This document shows positions 29,701-40,465 of a stretch of 64,000 bases of DNA, one piece after another. Made by a program: the position numbers and the translations under genes. The stretch comes from an uncultured Phycisphaerales bacterium. GTDB lineage: Bacteria > Planctomycetota > Phycisphaerae > Sedimentisphaerales > Anaerobacaceae. The notes beneath the pieces are model-generated. The model searched no databases, was not told where the DNA came from, and saw only the letters and a list, made by a program, of their open reading frames with translations. The stretch spans positions 2,144,001-2,208,000 of the forward strand of contig OY970359.1 in assembly GCA_963718665.1 (NCBI GenBank), given 5' to 3'. Within the stretch, counting starts at the first letter, position 1, and the number at the start of each line of letters is the position of its first letter.

Positions 29701-30492
29701 TTATGCGTCTTGTTTCTTGCGTGCCTTGGCGTGTTTCTCAGCGAGCCAGCTCAGGATAATGCCTAACTCGAAAAGTAAATACATGGGGATAGCGAGCGAG
29801 AACATGGAAATCACATCCCCACTAGGTATAATTACCGAGGCAATGATTACTATAGCGAGAATGGCGTACTTTCGGCTGCGATGGAAGGCCTCAAGGGAAA
29901 TGAGACCAGTGCGATTCAGGCACAATATCACAAGGGGCGTCTGGAACGTCAGGCCGAACGTCAGCATCATAGTTGTAACAAACGACACATATTGCTGAAA
30001 TGTAAACGACGACTGAGCGGCCAAGATATTTTCGTTGAACTTTATCAGAATTTTGATAGTAAGCGGCGCCACGAAAAACATAAAGAAAAGAGCGCCGATA
30101 ATGAAAAGAGCAATGGAAAAAGGTATGGTCATATAGACGTATTTTTTTTCGTGCGGGTAAAGTCCGGCGGCCACAAACATCCAGAGATGATAGAAGACCC
30201 AGGGAGAAGCAAGGATTAGCCCTGATATCAGGCATATATTGCAGTAGCTGATAAAACCTTCTGCTGGCCCCAGAATTAAAAGCCTCGATGCCGGATTCGG
30301 ATTATTACTAACGGCTTTTAGATATGGAGCCACAATAAAGGATATTATGCACTGACCGAATATAAAACAAAGCGTCATTCCGACTAACAGACCGATGATG
30401 GCCATAATTAACCGGAAACGCAACTCTTCGAGGTGTTCCCCGAATGTCATTGTAGTATCAGGAAAACCGTCTTTCTTGTTTTTGCGGCTCAT
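29701..30492 (-). CDS. tatC: Twin-arginine translocase TatC
   Basis: HLEELR.RL, FVAAGLYPHEK, FQTP, LFE motifs; multiple TM segments. Confidence 0.95.
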   Translation of the reverse strand: MSRKNKKDGFPDTTMTFGEHLEELRFRLIMAIIGLLVGMTLCFIFGQCIISFIVAPYLKAVSNNPNPASRLLILGPAEGFISYCNICLISGLILASPWVFYHLWMFVAAGLYPHEKKYVYMTIPFSIALFIIGALFFMFFVAPLTIKILIKFNENILAAQSSFTFQQYVSFVTTMMLTFGLTFQTPLVILCLNRTGLISLEAFHRSRKYAILAIVIIASVIIPSGDVISMFSLAIPMYLLFELGIILSWLAEKHAKARKKQDA

Positions 30493-30540
30493 CTGGTGCC
30501 GAGTAATGAAAAACCTGGCGGCAATTTAGGGTATAATGTT

Positions 30541-30813
30541 TCAGTTGTTATTTTGGGTGTTTTTAGGCGGCGTGGTTTCGTGGGTTTGTTTAGCAACGTC
30601 GTCTTTCACCTTATTAAGCTCATTGGCAACATCGTCTTTAATATCATTGACTTCGCTCAACCCTTTTTTAAACTGACTAACACTTTTGCCAAGGCCACGA
30701 GCCACATCTGGTAATTTCTTGCCGAATACCAACAGGGCTACGATTAATATAACCAGCCATTCAAATCCCTCTGGCATACCCAGTGCCTGAACGTATTGCA
30801 TATATGCGCTCAT
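30541..30813 (-). CDS. tatA: Twin-arginine translocase TatA/E
   Basis: EWLVILIVALLVFGKKLPDVARGLGKSVSQFKKG. Confidence 0.93.
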   Translation of the reverse strand: MSAYMQYVQALGMPEGFEWLVILIVALLVFGKKLPDVARGLGKSVSQFKKGLSEVNDIKDDVANELNKVKDDVAKQTHETTPPKNTQNNN

Positions 30814-30944
30814 TTTAATCTCCTATACAAATCTTCGTAGTAGTTACACGATAAAAGTTTAAGTTTCTATGAATAATAAAACATCCGCCGGAAATAATCA
30901 ACAATCAATTATCAATGATAATACGCCTGCGAATCGGCTTGGTG

Positions 30945-31808
30945 CTACCGGACCGCTGTTATTGGCACAATTTTCACGTCTCTGTCGCGATCTTTAGCAG
31001 TATCTATTATATTGCCCGTTTTGTCAACCGCGATACTTTGGCCGCCATAAATCCTGCCTGACCAGGGGCCTCTGCTTATCCTGCCCACAGGATTTGTTCC
31101 CAAAACCACCGCACCTGTTCGTTTCGCGGCGTTTATAACGACATTATGAAACTCCTCGCCGTGCGCGGGCCATTTTAGCTCCTCTTCCGCGTAGCCATAA
31201 GGCGCCAAAAGCAGGTTCGGTTTCAATGCCGCCACCCGGTCGAGAAGGTCTTCGCGATGCGTGTCAGCGCATATAAGCAGGCCAATCTTGCCGAATTTGG
31301 TGTTCACCGTGGCGATGTCGGATTCGCTTCCCGCCGAATAAGGGGGGGACATCAGTTTTTGCGGGATATTTACCTGGCGGTGTTTGAGCAGAATCTGTCC
31401 CCGGTCGTCGATGAGCAGCGCGCTGTTGAACAATCTTCCTACTTCAAATTCCTCAACGCCGATACAGAGATATACCCCGTATTTTTTCGCCAGCTCGCAA
31501 AGCTGTTCCGAATCCGGCCCTGGAATTGTGCAGGCCCTGGTATGCGCATCGGAATTGAGCCAGCCAAGCATTGTCGCTTCGGGAAAGCAGATTAACTTTG
31601 CGTCTTTTGATTTGGCTTCGGCTATCGCGTTTTCAATCCGGACGAAATTGCCGCTCCTGTCGCCGTCGAGGATGAATATCTGGCACATAGCGATGCCCGG
31701 GCCTTTGCGTCGGGATATAACGCGGATGATTGTGCCTATGACGACAATCACCACGAACAGCCCGCCCCAAACCGATGCCCCGTCGCCTGTGCATAATATG
31801 CTGAACAT
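30945..31808 (-). CDS. Carbon-nitrogen hydrolase (nitrilase superfamily) with N-terminal TM anchor
   Basis: FPEA, FNSALLID, IGLLICAD, YGGQS; start uncertain. Confidence 0.85.
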   Translation of the reverse strand: MFSILCTGDGASVWGGLFVVIVVIGTIIRVISRRKGPGIAMCQIFILDGDRSGNFVRIENAIAEAKSKDAKLICFPEATMLGWLNSDAHTRACTIPGPDSEQLCELAKKYGVYLCIGVEEFEVGRLFNSALLIDDRGQILLKHRQVNIPQKLMSPPYSAGSESDIATVNTKFGKIGLLICADTHREDLLDRVAALKPNLLLAPYGYAEEELKWPAHGEEFHNVVINAAKRTGAVVLGTNPVGRISRGPWSGRIYGGQSIAVDKTGNIIDTAKDRDRDVKIVPITAVR

Positions 31809-31939
31809 TTCGCCTTGTTTCCCCAAACCGGATTGATAAATGATTACTGATTATTATGCCTTCTGCCGGCAAATAATCAATCACCATTTTCCCTATTTGG
31901 CCGTCTCTGACTGTCACCGGCTAAAGGCAAGAATTTTCA

Positions 31940-33088
31940 TCATCGCAGTTGAATTGTCGATTGTGATTGCGCTGAGCGTCTGGCGGCGCAAAGAATCTCG
32001 GTGACTATCATATTATTTTCGAGAGACGCAGTTTCCTGCGGTTTTATCCCGCCATTAACTATCGCGGCCAGATAAGTCAATGAATCACTGTAAGGAGATT
32101 CGATAGGTTTTGCGGCGATTTTCTGCTCGGGTTTTCCATCGATGCGCAAAATAGCGTTCCTGCCGTCGATAGTTTGAATTGAGCCAGCTGTACCGTAGAT
32201 TTCAATGCTGTCCTTGCCATAGGGCCAGCTCCAGGAGGCCATTATGATGACCTGCGCTTTGGGATATGTGACTATGACGGTCGCGTCGTCATCCACTTTT
32301 GTGTAAATATCCGGTTTTGTCTGCCGGGTAATAGCAGTTACGGATAACGGCTTTTGATTATTCAAGAACCATGTTGCGAGGTCGGTGCCATAGCAGCCGA
32401 AATCAAAAAGAGCACCGCCGCCGTTTAAGTTCGGGTCGGTCAGCCAATTCAGAAATTCAGGCGAACAGCCGATTTCCTTCGGGCCTGAATGGCCTTTGTA
32501 GAAGATAATTTTGCGAATCTCGCCGATTGCCTTCTGCTCGATTACTGTATCGCGGAGCAATGTATTCACGGGTTCCCAGGTTGACTGGTAATTGACGAGG
32601 ACGTGTATATTGCCTTTTTTAGCGGCTTCAGAGATAGCGGCTGCGTGCTCGATACTGACAGCCAGCGGTTTTTCCATCATTGCGTCTATATGATGCGCGG
32701 CGCAGGCCTGGACAACTTGTAAATGGTCGAAGGTGGAGGTATAGATAACCACGGCCTGTGGTTTGGTTTCGTCGAGCATTTTATCGAGGTCTGTGTAAAT
32801 TATCGATTGTGGAAGATGGTATTTCGCGGCGTAACTAGCGGCAAGTTTGGCGTTTGGTTCGGCGATGCCGACAAGGGTGATGTCCTTGCGATGGGGAAGC
32901 TCCCTCAGCAGGCCGGTAACGTGGTCGTGGGTGAGGCCGGCAATCGCGAGTCGAAATGGCGGTTTGACATTAGCGTCCGCTTGCTGGTTTGAGTCGGATG
33001 GCGAGGCGGCAATCGCATCTGTATTAACAAAACCAATTGTTGTTATTGTTGCGACAACGAGCAGGATTATTATGGTTCTTGCGGACAT
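31940..33088 (-). CDS. Gfo/Idh/MocA-family oxidoreductase with signal peptide
   Basis: MEKPLA, GGGALFDFGCYG. Confidence 0.9.
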   Translation of the reverse strand: MSARTIIILLVVATITTIGFVNTDAIAASPSDSNQQADANVKPPFRLAIAGLTHDHVTGLLRELPHRKDITLVGIAEPNAKLAASYAAKYHLPQSIIYTDLDKMLDETKPQAVVIYTSTFDHLQVVQACAAHHIDAMMEKPLAVSIEHAAAISEAAKKGNIHVLVNYQSTWEPVNTLLRDTVIEQKAIGEIRKIIFYKGHSGPKEIGCSPEFLNWLTDPNLNGGGALFDFGCYGTDLATWFLNNQKPLSVTAITRQTKPDIYTKVDDDATVIVTYPKAQVIIMASWSWPYGKDSIEIYGTAGSIQTIDGRNAILRIDGKPEQKIAAKPIESPYSDSLTYLAAIVNGGIKPQETASLENNMIVTEILCAARRSAQSQSTIQLR

Positions 33089-33398
33089 AATTTCGACTCC
33101 TAAATTTTGAAGGTTTCTAATACGGCGTTTTCCACTCAACACTTTTTGGCCTTTCAGACCCGATATGATACCACACCTTCTCCAAATCGCAACTATCTGA
33201 AGTGCCGAAAGATTGATTCCGGAACCTGTTGCTTTGTTACTTTTAGGTCTTTATGCGGTAATTACTGCCGGAAGGTGGTAAAACGCCTCCTTTTTCCTTG
33301 ACCGTCACCGGTATATAAGGGTATAATAATCATCTATTGCAGGCCAAAGCCCTATGGGATATGGGCATAATCAGGTGTGATGTCAGGAAGCTCTACAA

Positions 33399-35234
33399 AT
33401 GAGCGGGAGCGGGCCAAACATTCTTCAGACGAAAATATATCATCTGACTGCCGGACGGCGAAAGTGGCTTATCACCGGTGGTTTGGCTATTGCGCTGGTT
33501 TTGCTGGCAATGATGCTTATGGCAAATAAAAACACCGTGCCGACTCCTGAAAAAGCAGCAAACACGTTCAAGGTGTGCAAAGATAACCTCATTATCACCG
33601 TTACTGAGAACGGCAGTATCAAAGCCCGCAACGCAATTCACATCAAGTCCGACGTCGAAGGCCAGGTAAGAATAACCAGCATCGTCCCCGAAGGGAATTA
33701 CATAACCCCGGAGGACGTCAACAACAAAGTGCTGGTGGAACTCGACTCCTCAACCCTGACCGAGAATCTTTCGCAAAGACAAATCGATTTTGCCGGGGCA
33801 GAGTCGAGTTTCGCAGAGGCAAATGAGGCCTATTTTATCCAGCTCAAGCAAAATGAAAGCGATATCACGGCTGCGGAGCTAAAGGTCAAATTCGCCCTGA
33901 TGGATTTCAAAAAATACCTTGGGGATGCTGTTGCCGAAAAACTAATCTTTGCCGTGGAGAATGACCCTAACGCAAAGCGTAACCTGGAATCGTTTCTCGA
34001 TGACCCGAACAAGCTTGGCCGGTCTCAGGCCTCGCAGAAACTTACGGACCTGCAGGACCAGATAGAGATGGCCGGTTCAAAGCTCGCAAAAGCACAGTAT
34101 AAACTTGAGGGTACAAAGCAGCTTTACGATGCGAATTACGTTGCGGAAATTGAACTGCAGGGAGACGAGCTGGACAAGAGAAGCTGCGAAATACAAAACA
34201 AACAGGCGAGCATTAACCTGGACCTGTTCAAGCTTTATGATTTTCCTAAAGATTCGGAGAAGTTCCTGAGCGACTATTATGAAGCCAGACGTGAGCTGGA
34301 CAGGACTCACGCTCGCTGCCGCTCAAAACTGGCGCAGACAATAGCTCAGTTGAAAAGCGCCGAGGCCAAATTCGAGCTGGGAAAAGAACGTCTTGAAAAG
34401 CTTAAAAAGCAGATTGACGCGTGCGTAATCAAAGCGCCCGGGCCGGGCCTTGTGGTTTACGCGTCGTCAGGCTCCGGTTACTGGTATCACGACAGACCCA
34501 TAGAGGTTGGGTACACGATTCAACAGAACGAAGAAATTATGTCTCTGCCCGACACCTCTGAAATGATAGTCGAGATTACCGTTCATGAGTCCTCCATAAC
34601 CAAGATTAAGCCGGGCCAAATCGCAAAGATAACTATCGACGCTTTTCCCGACAGGACATTCACGGGCAAAGTTCTGAAAATTGCCCCTTTGCCCGACCAG
34701 CAGCGAAGCTGGTTAAATCCTGACCTTAAGGTTTATGCGACCCAGGTCACAATTGATGGTTCGTATAATTTTCTTAAGCCGGGAATGTCAGCCAAGGTTG
34801 AAACCACCGTTGAAGAGCTGAATGACGTGACAATAATTCCGATTCAGGCGGTGGCAAACAGGGGGGGCAAAAAAGTGTGCTATTATGTAAGCGCAAAGGG
34901 CCCCCAGCCGCGAGAGGTTCAAACCGGTTCCTTTAACGAAAAATTTGTCCAGATTACGGATGGATTGCAGGTTGGAGAAGATGTTCTGATGAATCCTCCG
35001 CTAATTGCTGAGCCAGCCATTGCACAAACAGACACGTCAAAACAGCAAAAAATACCGCTTGCAAACGAAACAAGTCAGAAAAAAGCCGGAACGCAACAGG
35101 CCCCGCCTTTATCCGCAAGCGACGCAAACGACCCCAACGGGCAGCAGCGAAAACTTCCAGAGGAAAAGACAAGTAAAAACAAGGGCGATTTACAGAGTGC
35201 AGACCACAATGACGGGTCTGCAAGGAATTCCTGA
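33399..35234 (+). CDS. Efflux periplasmic adaptor (HlyD/MFP family)
   Basis: N-terminal TM, long coiled coil, IKAP..G.V.Y, LKPGMSA, IP..AV, GL..GE. Confidence 0.88.
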   Translation: MSGSGPNILQTKIYHLTAGRRKWLITGGLAIALVLLAMMLMANKNTVPTPEKAANTFKVCKDNLIITVTENGSIKARNAIHIKSDVEGQVRITSIVPEGNYITPEDVNNKVLVELDSSTLTENLSQRQIDFAGAESSFAEANEAYFIQLKQNESDITAAELKVKFALMDFKKYLGDAVAEKLIFAVENDPNAKRNLESFLDDPNKLGRSQASQKLTDLQDQIEMAGSKLAKAQYKLEGTKQLYDANYVAEIELQGDELDKRSCEIQNKQASINLDLFKLYDFPKDSEKFLSDYYEARRELDRTHARCRSKLAQTIAQLKSAEAKFELGKERLEKLKKQIDACVIKAPGPGLVVYASSGSGYWYHDRPIEVGYTIQQNEEIMSLPDTSEMIVEITVHESSITKIKPGQIAKITIDAFPDRTFTGKVLKIAPLPDQQRSWLNPDLKVYATQVTIDGSYNFLKPGMSAKVETTVEELNDVTIIPIQAVANRGGKKVCYYVSAKGPQPREVQTGSFNEKFVQITDGLQVGEDVLMNPPLIAEPAIAQTDTSKQQKIPLANETSQKKAGTQQAPPLSASDANDPNGQQRKLPEEKTSKNKGDLQSADHNDGSARNS

Positions 35235-35247
35235 CTCTATTAACGTT

Positions 35248-36548
35248 ATGGTTTTGTATCGCATCAGGCGCGTTCTTAAACTGGGCATCAAGAGCTTATG
35301 GCTCCATCGTCTTCGCGCCATACTCACTGTCCTGGGCATAATCTTTGGTGTCGCATCCGTTATCGCAATGCTGGCCATCGGCGAAGGCGCCAGCAGGGCT
35401 GCTCAGGAGCAAATCGCCCGCCTCGGCTCGCTTAACATAATCATAAAAACTGCTCAGCCGCCCGAAGAACAGAAAGCCACGGGTCAGCAGCAGATTCTTC
35501 ACGAATACGGCCTGACGTACGCTGATGCCGAGCGTTTTCACAACAGCATACCGGATGTCCGGGTCATAGTGCCGGTTCGCCGTCTTTCTCAACAGGCCTG
35601 GTATCGTAATCGCAAGATACCAATCGAGATAATCGGAACTGTCCCGTGGCATCTCGAAACTTCACCTATACGTTTGATTAGAGGGCGGTTCCTCACGTCT
35701 TTTGATTTGGATTACAAGCAGGATATTTGCGTCATCGACGAATCGGCTGCCAAAGAATTGTTCATGTTTGACGACCCGATGGACCAGGACGTTAAAATAG
35801 GAAGAGATTATTACAGGATTGTCGGTATTGTCACCGCACAAGGGAGCGATTCGACAGCAAGCGTCCCTGAGGAAAAGGCCCCCTCGACAAACGGTCAGGG
35901 TGGAGCAAATGCCGGAAACATATATATTCCATTGTCGGCGGTTAAAGAGCGTTTCGGCGAAACGTCATTGCAGCTAAGCAGTGGTTCTCGCAAAATAGAA
36001 AAAGTGGAATTACAGGAAGTCATCATAAAAGTCAGCGAGATAGGCAAGGTTCAATCGTCACGCGATATCCTTATCAATCTCCTGGGCCAGTTTCATAAAA
36101 AAAACGATTATCAGGTAGTAGTGCCGCTTGAGCTTCTGCGCGAAGCCGAACGCACCAAACGCATCTTCAGTGTCGTTCTTGGTTCAATCGCAGCTATTTC
36201 TCTATTGGTTGGCGGTATTGGCATTATGAATATTATGCTCGCTACAGTCAGCGAACGAACCCGCGAAATAGGTATCCGCAGGGCTCTCGGCGCAAAAGAA
36301 AAGATATTATCTTTCAGTTCCTTTCCGAAACTCTTTTCCTTACGTTTGCAGGCGGCATACTTGGCATCTTCCTTGGTTGTATTATACCATTTTTTGTAAC
36401 TCGATTCGGAAATATGCCGACTGTAATCACCTGGATATCTCTGCTGCTTTCATTCGGCATATCTGGTATTGTTGGAATCGCCTTCGGCATGTATCCTGCC
36501 TATCGTGCCGCGAATATGGACCCAATTGAATCCCTCCGCCACGAGTAA
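35248..36548 (+). CDS. MacB/FtsX-type ABC transporter permease; apparent 1-nt frameshift at ~36294-36297
   Basis: LRAILTVLGIIFGV, GGIGIMNIMLATVSERTREIGIRRALGA; second frame continues RKDIIFQFLSE...FGMYPAYRAANMDPIESLRHE*. Confidence 0.88.
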
Positions 36549-36577
36549 ACCCTGAAACGCCCATTCCTTTTCTAAGT

Positions 36578-36606
36578 TTGACAAATGTAGAGGCGGGGGG
36601 TATAAT
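36578..36606 (+). promoter_or_regulatory. Consensus sigma70 promoter
   Basis: TTGACA-N17-TATAAT, perfect. Confidence 0.75.
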
Positions 36607-36644
36607 AACCACCTGTTTTTAGGGGCAATCCCGATAAAAGCGGG

Positions 36645-37631
36645 ATGCGGAAATTTATGCAGCTACTTTCCGGTCGTGCGAGAACATTTGAAACTGTCGT
36701 TGGCGTGCTGATTTTGCTTATTATGGTTGCCACAGCGGTCGGCATCTATTTTCTTCAGCGCGATTTTAATATGGCGAGGTTCGGTATTGCGTCGTGGCAG
36801 GAGAGCGGTGGCGATTTTCCGCCTGTCGGCAAAGCCGAGACATATAACAACGATAATCTTTACGAGAAAATCGACGGCAAGGCCCCTATGTATCAGGAAG
36901 CCGGTTTTGTCAAGCTGACCGCCCAGCGGTTCGCGGCCAAAAATGATTCCGAACTGGGATTCGAGCTTTACATTTACGATATGAACAACGCAAAGAACGC
37001 CTTTTCTGTTTACAGCAGGCAAAAAAGGGCGGATGTTACTGACCTGAACGATTTGGGGGCGTCGGCGTTTGGTTATGTGGCGGGTAACGAGATTTGCCTG
37101 TCGCTTGGTAAAAATTATATCGAGATGATTGGCTCAGCCGAATCGAACGAGCTTGTTGACGGGATGAAAGGTATAGCTAAAGACCTGTCCGCCAAATTTA
37201 AGCCGACCGACAACGACAAGATAGCCGAGCTGGGATATTTTCCGACCGAAGGCACGGTGGCAGGAAGCTGGAAATTGCAGATTGATAATGCTTTTGGCTT
37301 TGATGGTCTTACCAATGCTTACTCCGCACAATACAAATCGGGCGATAAAGCGATTACGATGTTTTTCAGCAGACGCAAAAACGCTGATGAGGCGAAGGAA
37401 GTCGCGAAGAATTATTATGATTTTCTCATAACCAACGGTGCCAAAGCAATCACGGTTGACAGCGAAATTCTCAAATCCACCGGCGCATCAGTCGTGGATT
37501 TTTACGGGAGTTTCGAGATTGTCTTCCCAGCGGGCATATTTGTCGGGGGTGTTCACGAGGCGAATGACAAACAGGCGGCGGAAAAGGCGGCGGAAGTTTT
37601 AATCGGCCGATTGAAGGAAATCAATGACTGA
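36645..37631 (+). CDS. Membrane-anchored periplasmic protein (DUF6599-like)
   Basis: N-terminal TM; NLYEKIDGKA..Y...GF, IYDM....NAFSVYS. Confidence 0.65.
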   Translation: MRKFMQLLSGRARTFETVVGVLILLIMVATAVGIYFLQRDFNMARFGIASWQESGGDFPPVGKAETYNNDNLYEKIDGKAPMYQEAGFVKLTAQRFAAKNDSELGFELYIYDMNNAKNAFSVYSRQKRADVTDLNDLGASAFGYVAGNEICLSLGKNYIEMIGSAESNELVDGMKGIAKDLSAKFKPTDNDKIAELGYFPTEGTVAGSWKLQIDNAFGFDGLTNAYSAQYKSGDKAITMFFSRRKNADEAKEVAKNYYDFLITNGAKAITVDSEILKSTGASVVDFYGSFEIVFPAGIFVGGVHEANDKQAAEKAAEVLIGRLKEIND

Positions 37632-38634
37632 ACCAAACCAGATAAATTCCGCTCGAAGGCAACTGCTTATCCGCGGGGCGAAAGCGGCGGCTTCGATTGC
37701 CGCTGCCGTTGGCGTCGCACGCTGGCTTTATGACCCTAAAGGGCCGGGGGCGAAAAACGAGGAAGTCGGATTTTTGGGGACTACCGTGAAGGGACTGCCT
37801 GATTTTTCGGTCCCGCGTAAAGACGGGCAGGTGATAAGTATCGTCAAAGGCGAGAACAGGGCAAGAACTGTAAACAAAGCGATTGAGCTTCTCGGCGGTA
37901 TCGAAAGGTTTATAAAGCCGGGCGACGTCGTCATAATAAAACCAAACGTCGGTTTCGCGACGCCGCCGATTCTCGGCGCGACTACGCATCCGGATGTCAT
38001 TGCCGCTGTTGTGAAATTATGCTATGAGAAAAAAGCGAGCAGGGTACTCGTCGCCGACAACCCGATAAATGACCCGGCGAGTTGTTTTACGATAAGCGGC
38101 ATCAGCAAAGCCGCATCAGCGGCAGGCGCACAGGTCGTGATGCCAAAGAATTCGTATTTCAGCCCGCTCACTTTGACGGGTGGGGTGCTGATTAAGGACT
38201 GGCCTGTGTATTGTGCTCCGTTTGCCAAAGCCAACAAGCTCATCGGCATAGCTCCTCTGAAAAACCATCACAGAAGCGCGGCTTCGATGACTATGAAAAA
38301 CTGGTATGGCCTTCTCGGCGGAAGGCGAAACGTGTTCCATCAGGATATCAATAACATAATCGCCGAGCTTGCCATGTTGGTAAAACCGACACTGGTCATA
38401 CTCGACGGCACGGTTACGATGATGACCAACGGGCCTACGGGCGGGTCGGTGTCGGACCTGAAAAAAACAAATACGATGATTGCAAGCTGCGATATGGTCG
38501 CGGCGGACGCCTTCGGATGTTCGCTGCTGAATCTCAAGCCGGCGGATTTGCCCTATCTGGCAATCGCCGAGAAAGCAGGCGTCGGGACAGTCGATTACGA
38601 ATCGTTAAAACCATTGAGGGCCGAAGTAACCTGA
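37624..38634 (+). CDS. DUF362 Fe-S protein with twin-arginine-like signal
   Basis: SARRQLL, IKPN, ATTHP, LKNHH...MTMKN, GPTGG, D.VAAD. Confidence 0.85.
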   Translation: MTEPNQINSARRQLLIRGAKAAASIAAAVGVARWLYDPKGPGAKNEEVGFLGTTVKGLPDFSVPRKDGQVISIVKGENRARTVNKAIELLGGIERFIKPGDVVIIKPNVGFATPPILGATTHPDVIAAVVKLCYEKKASRVLVADNPINDPASCFTISGISKAASAAGAQVVMPKNSYFSPLTLTGGVLIKDWPVYCAPFAKANKLIGIAPLKNHHRSAASMTMKNWYGLLGGRRNVFHQDINNIIAELAMLVKPTLVILDGTVTMMTNGPTGGSVSDLKKTNTMIASCDMVAADAFGCSLLNLKPADLPYLAIAEKAGVGTVDYESLKPLRAEVT

Positions 38635-38641
38635 AAATAAT

Positions 38642-40363
38642 ATGAAAATCACGACGGTTCGAAGAATAAACCAGTTGTTCTTTTTTGCCCTGTTTGTGTG
38701 GTTTTGCATCGTTACCACGGTAGGGGACAAGTTCTGGCAAATCAGGAACTGGCCTATTAACTGGATTTTGCAATTAGACCCGCTTGTCGCGCTGGGCACT
38801 ATACTCTCAACCGGCAAATTTTACTGGCATTTGCACTGTGCGCTGGGGATGGTAATCATAACAATAATCTTCGGGCGGTTTTTCTGCGGCTGGATTTGCC
38901 CGTTTGGTGCGATACATCAATTCGTTGGCTATCTGGGTAATCGAAGCAAAAAAGTCGCCGAGAAAATCCGGCTGAACATATATCGCAAAGCCCAGTGTAT
39001 AAAATACTTCGTCCTGATTTTCTTCCTCGGGATGGCAGCGTTTCCACCGCTGGCAAGCACTCTGCAAACGGGATTGCTCGACCCCATTCCTTTGGTAACC
39101 CGCTCGTTTCAGCTTGTGCTGCTTCCCATTTTTGATAGGGGCACGTATTTAACCTCGGTCAATGCGCGTTACTATGAGTTTGGCTGGCTGATATTCGCCG
39201 TATTTGCAACAGCGGTCCTGCTGAATCTTGTTATACCAAGATTTTACTGCCGGTTCATTTGTCCTACCGGCGCGTTTTTGGCAATCTTGAGCAGGTTCTC
39301 GATTTGGCGCATCGGCAAGACCAAAAGCGAATGTATCAACTGCAAGATGTGCGAAAAGGCCTGCGAGGGCGGCTGCGAGCCGAGCGGCAATATCAAAATC
39401 GCAGAGTGTGTGCTTTGCTTTAACTGCCGGGATGACTGCAAGCACGACCTCATCGCTTATCAGACCGTTCCCTCGCTTGCTGGTGAAACGCAGGTCGATG
39501 TTTCCAGAAGGGGAGTTGTGTTATCGTTAGTTAGCGGCGTATTAGCTGCGCCAGCGATTCGACTAAGCGGCAAAGTCGCTTCGAATTGGTACACCGGTGT
39601 TGTTCGCCCGCCCGGCGCTCTGGCGGAGCCGGAGTTTTTGAAACGATGCCTCAAGTGCGGCCAGTGTATGCGGGTTTGCCCGACGAATGTTATTCAGCCG
39701 GCCGGTCTGGAAGGGGGTCTCGAAGGATTATGGTCGCCAATACTGAATAACCACATTGGCTCAAGCGGCTGCCAGTTGAATTGTGTCGCCTGCGGACAGG
39801 TCTGCCCGACTTCTGCAATCAGGCCCATTACTCTCGATGAAAAAAGAGGCCTTGGCGATTTTGCCTCCGCCGGCCCAATCAAACTTGGAACGGCATTCGT
39901 TGACCGGGGCAGGTGTCTTCCCTGGGCAATGGATAAACCCTGTATTGTCTGCCAGGAGAATTGTCCCGTCAGCCCCAAGGCGATTTTCACAAAGGATGTT
40001 TTTACGACTGTCAGAGACGGCGTAGTTTTGATTAAGCAGGTAACAGAAAATGCAATCGAAATTGACGGCGGCATCCCCGCTGATAAATTCGGCACGGGCG
40101 ATTATTATGTTCTTTTTGAGGACGGCAGCCGGCGTAAAATCTCCTCAAATACCGCTACTTCAGTAGGAATTTCCGAAGGCAAATTGCCTGCCTCGGCCGG
40201 TAAAGTCAAAATCCAGGTGCGATTACAGAAGCCCTGTGTGGATATCGAAAAGTGCATCGGCTGCGGCGTATGTGAGCATGAATGCCCCGTCAGCGGCAAA
40301 AGGGCGATAAGAATTACTGCTGAAGGTGAAAGCAGAAGCACTGACCGAAGATTGCTGTTATAA
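38642..40363 (+). CDS. Membrane polyferredoxin (NapH/MauN-like fused to NapG/MauM-like)
   Basis: GRFFCGWICPFG, RFYCRFICPTG, internal SRR, RPPGA, several CX2CX2CX3CP motifs. Confidence 0.85.
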   Translation: MKITTVRRINQLFFFALFVWFCIVTTVGDKFWQIRNWPINWILQLDPLVALGTILSTGKFYWHLHCALGMVIITIIFGRFFCGWICPFGAIHQFVGYLGNRSKKVAEKIRLNIYRKAQCIKYFVLIFFLGMAAFPPLASTLQTGLLDPIPLVTRSFQLVLLPIFDRGTYLTSVNARYYEFGWLIFAVFATAVLLNLVIPRFYCRFICPTGAFLAILSRFSIWRIGKTKSECINCKMCEKACEGGCEPSGNIKIAECVLCFNCRDDCKHDLIAYQTVPSLAGETQVDVSRRGVVLSLVSGVLAAPAIRLSGKVASNWYTGVVRPPGALAEPEFLKRCLKCGQCMRVCPTNVIQPAGLEGGLEGLWSPILNNHIGSSGCQLNCVACGQVCPTSAIRPITLDEKRGLGDFASAGPIKLGTAFVDRGRCLPWAMDKPCIVCQENCPVSPKAIFTKDVFTTVRDGVVLIKQVTENAIEIDGGIPADKFGTGDYYVLFEDGSRRKISSNTATSVGISEGKLPASAGKVKIQVRLQKPCVDIEKCIGCGVCEHECPVSGKRAIRITAEGESRSTDRRLLL

Positions 40364-40465
40364 TAGCAGAACAAGGTGAACAGAATAGTGTTACCGAAAG
40401 TAGATAATAGTTGAACCTGTATTTATAACCTGAGCTAAAGAACAGTTTATTATGGAGAGTTACCG

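Noticed and set aside
35005..35247. N-terminal extension of the permease ORF
   Set aside because: Overlaps the HlyD tail; permease homology starts near ATG 35248
36290..36305. Programmed -1 ribosomal frameshift in the permease
   Set aside because: No canonical X XXY YYZ heptamer; a single-base homopolymer loss explains it more simply
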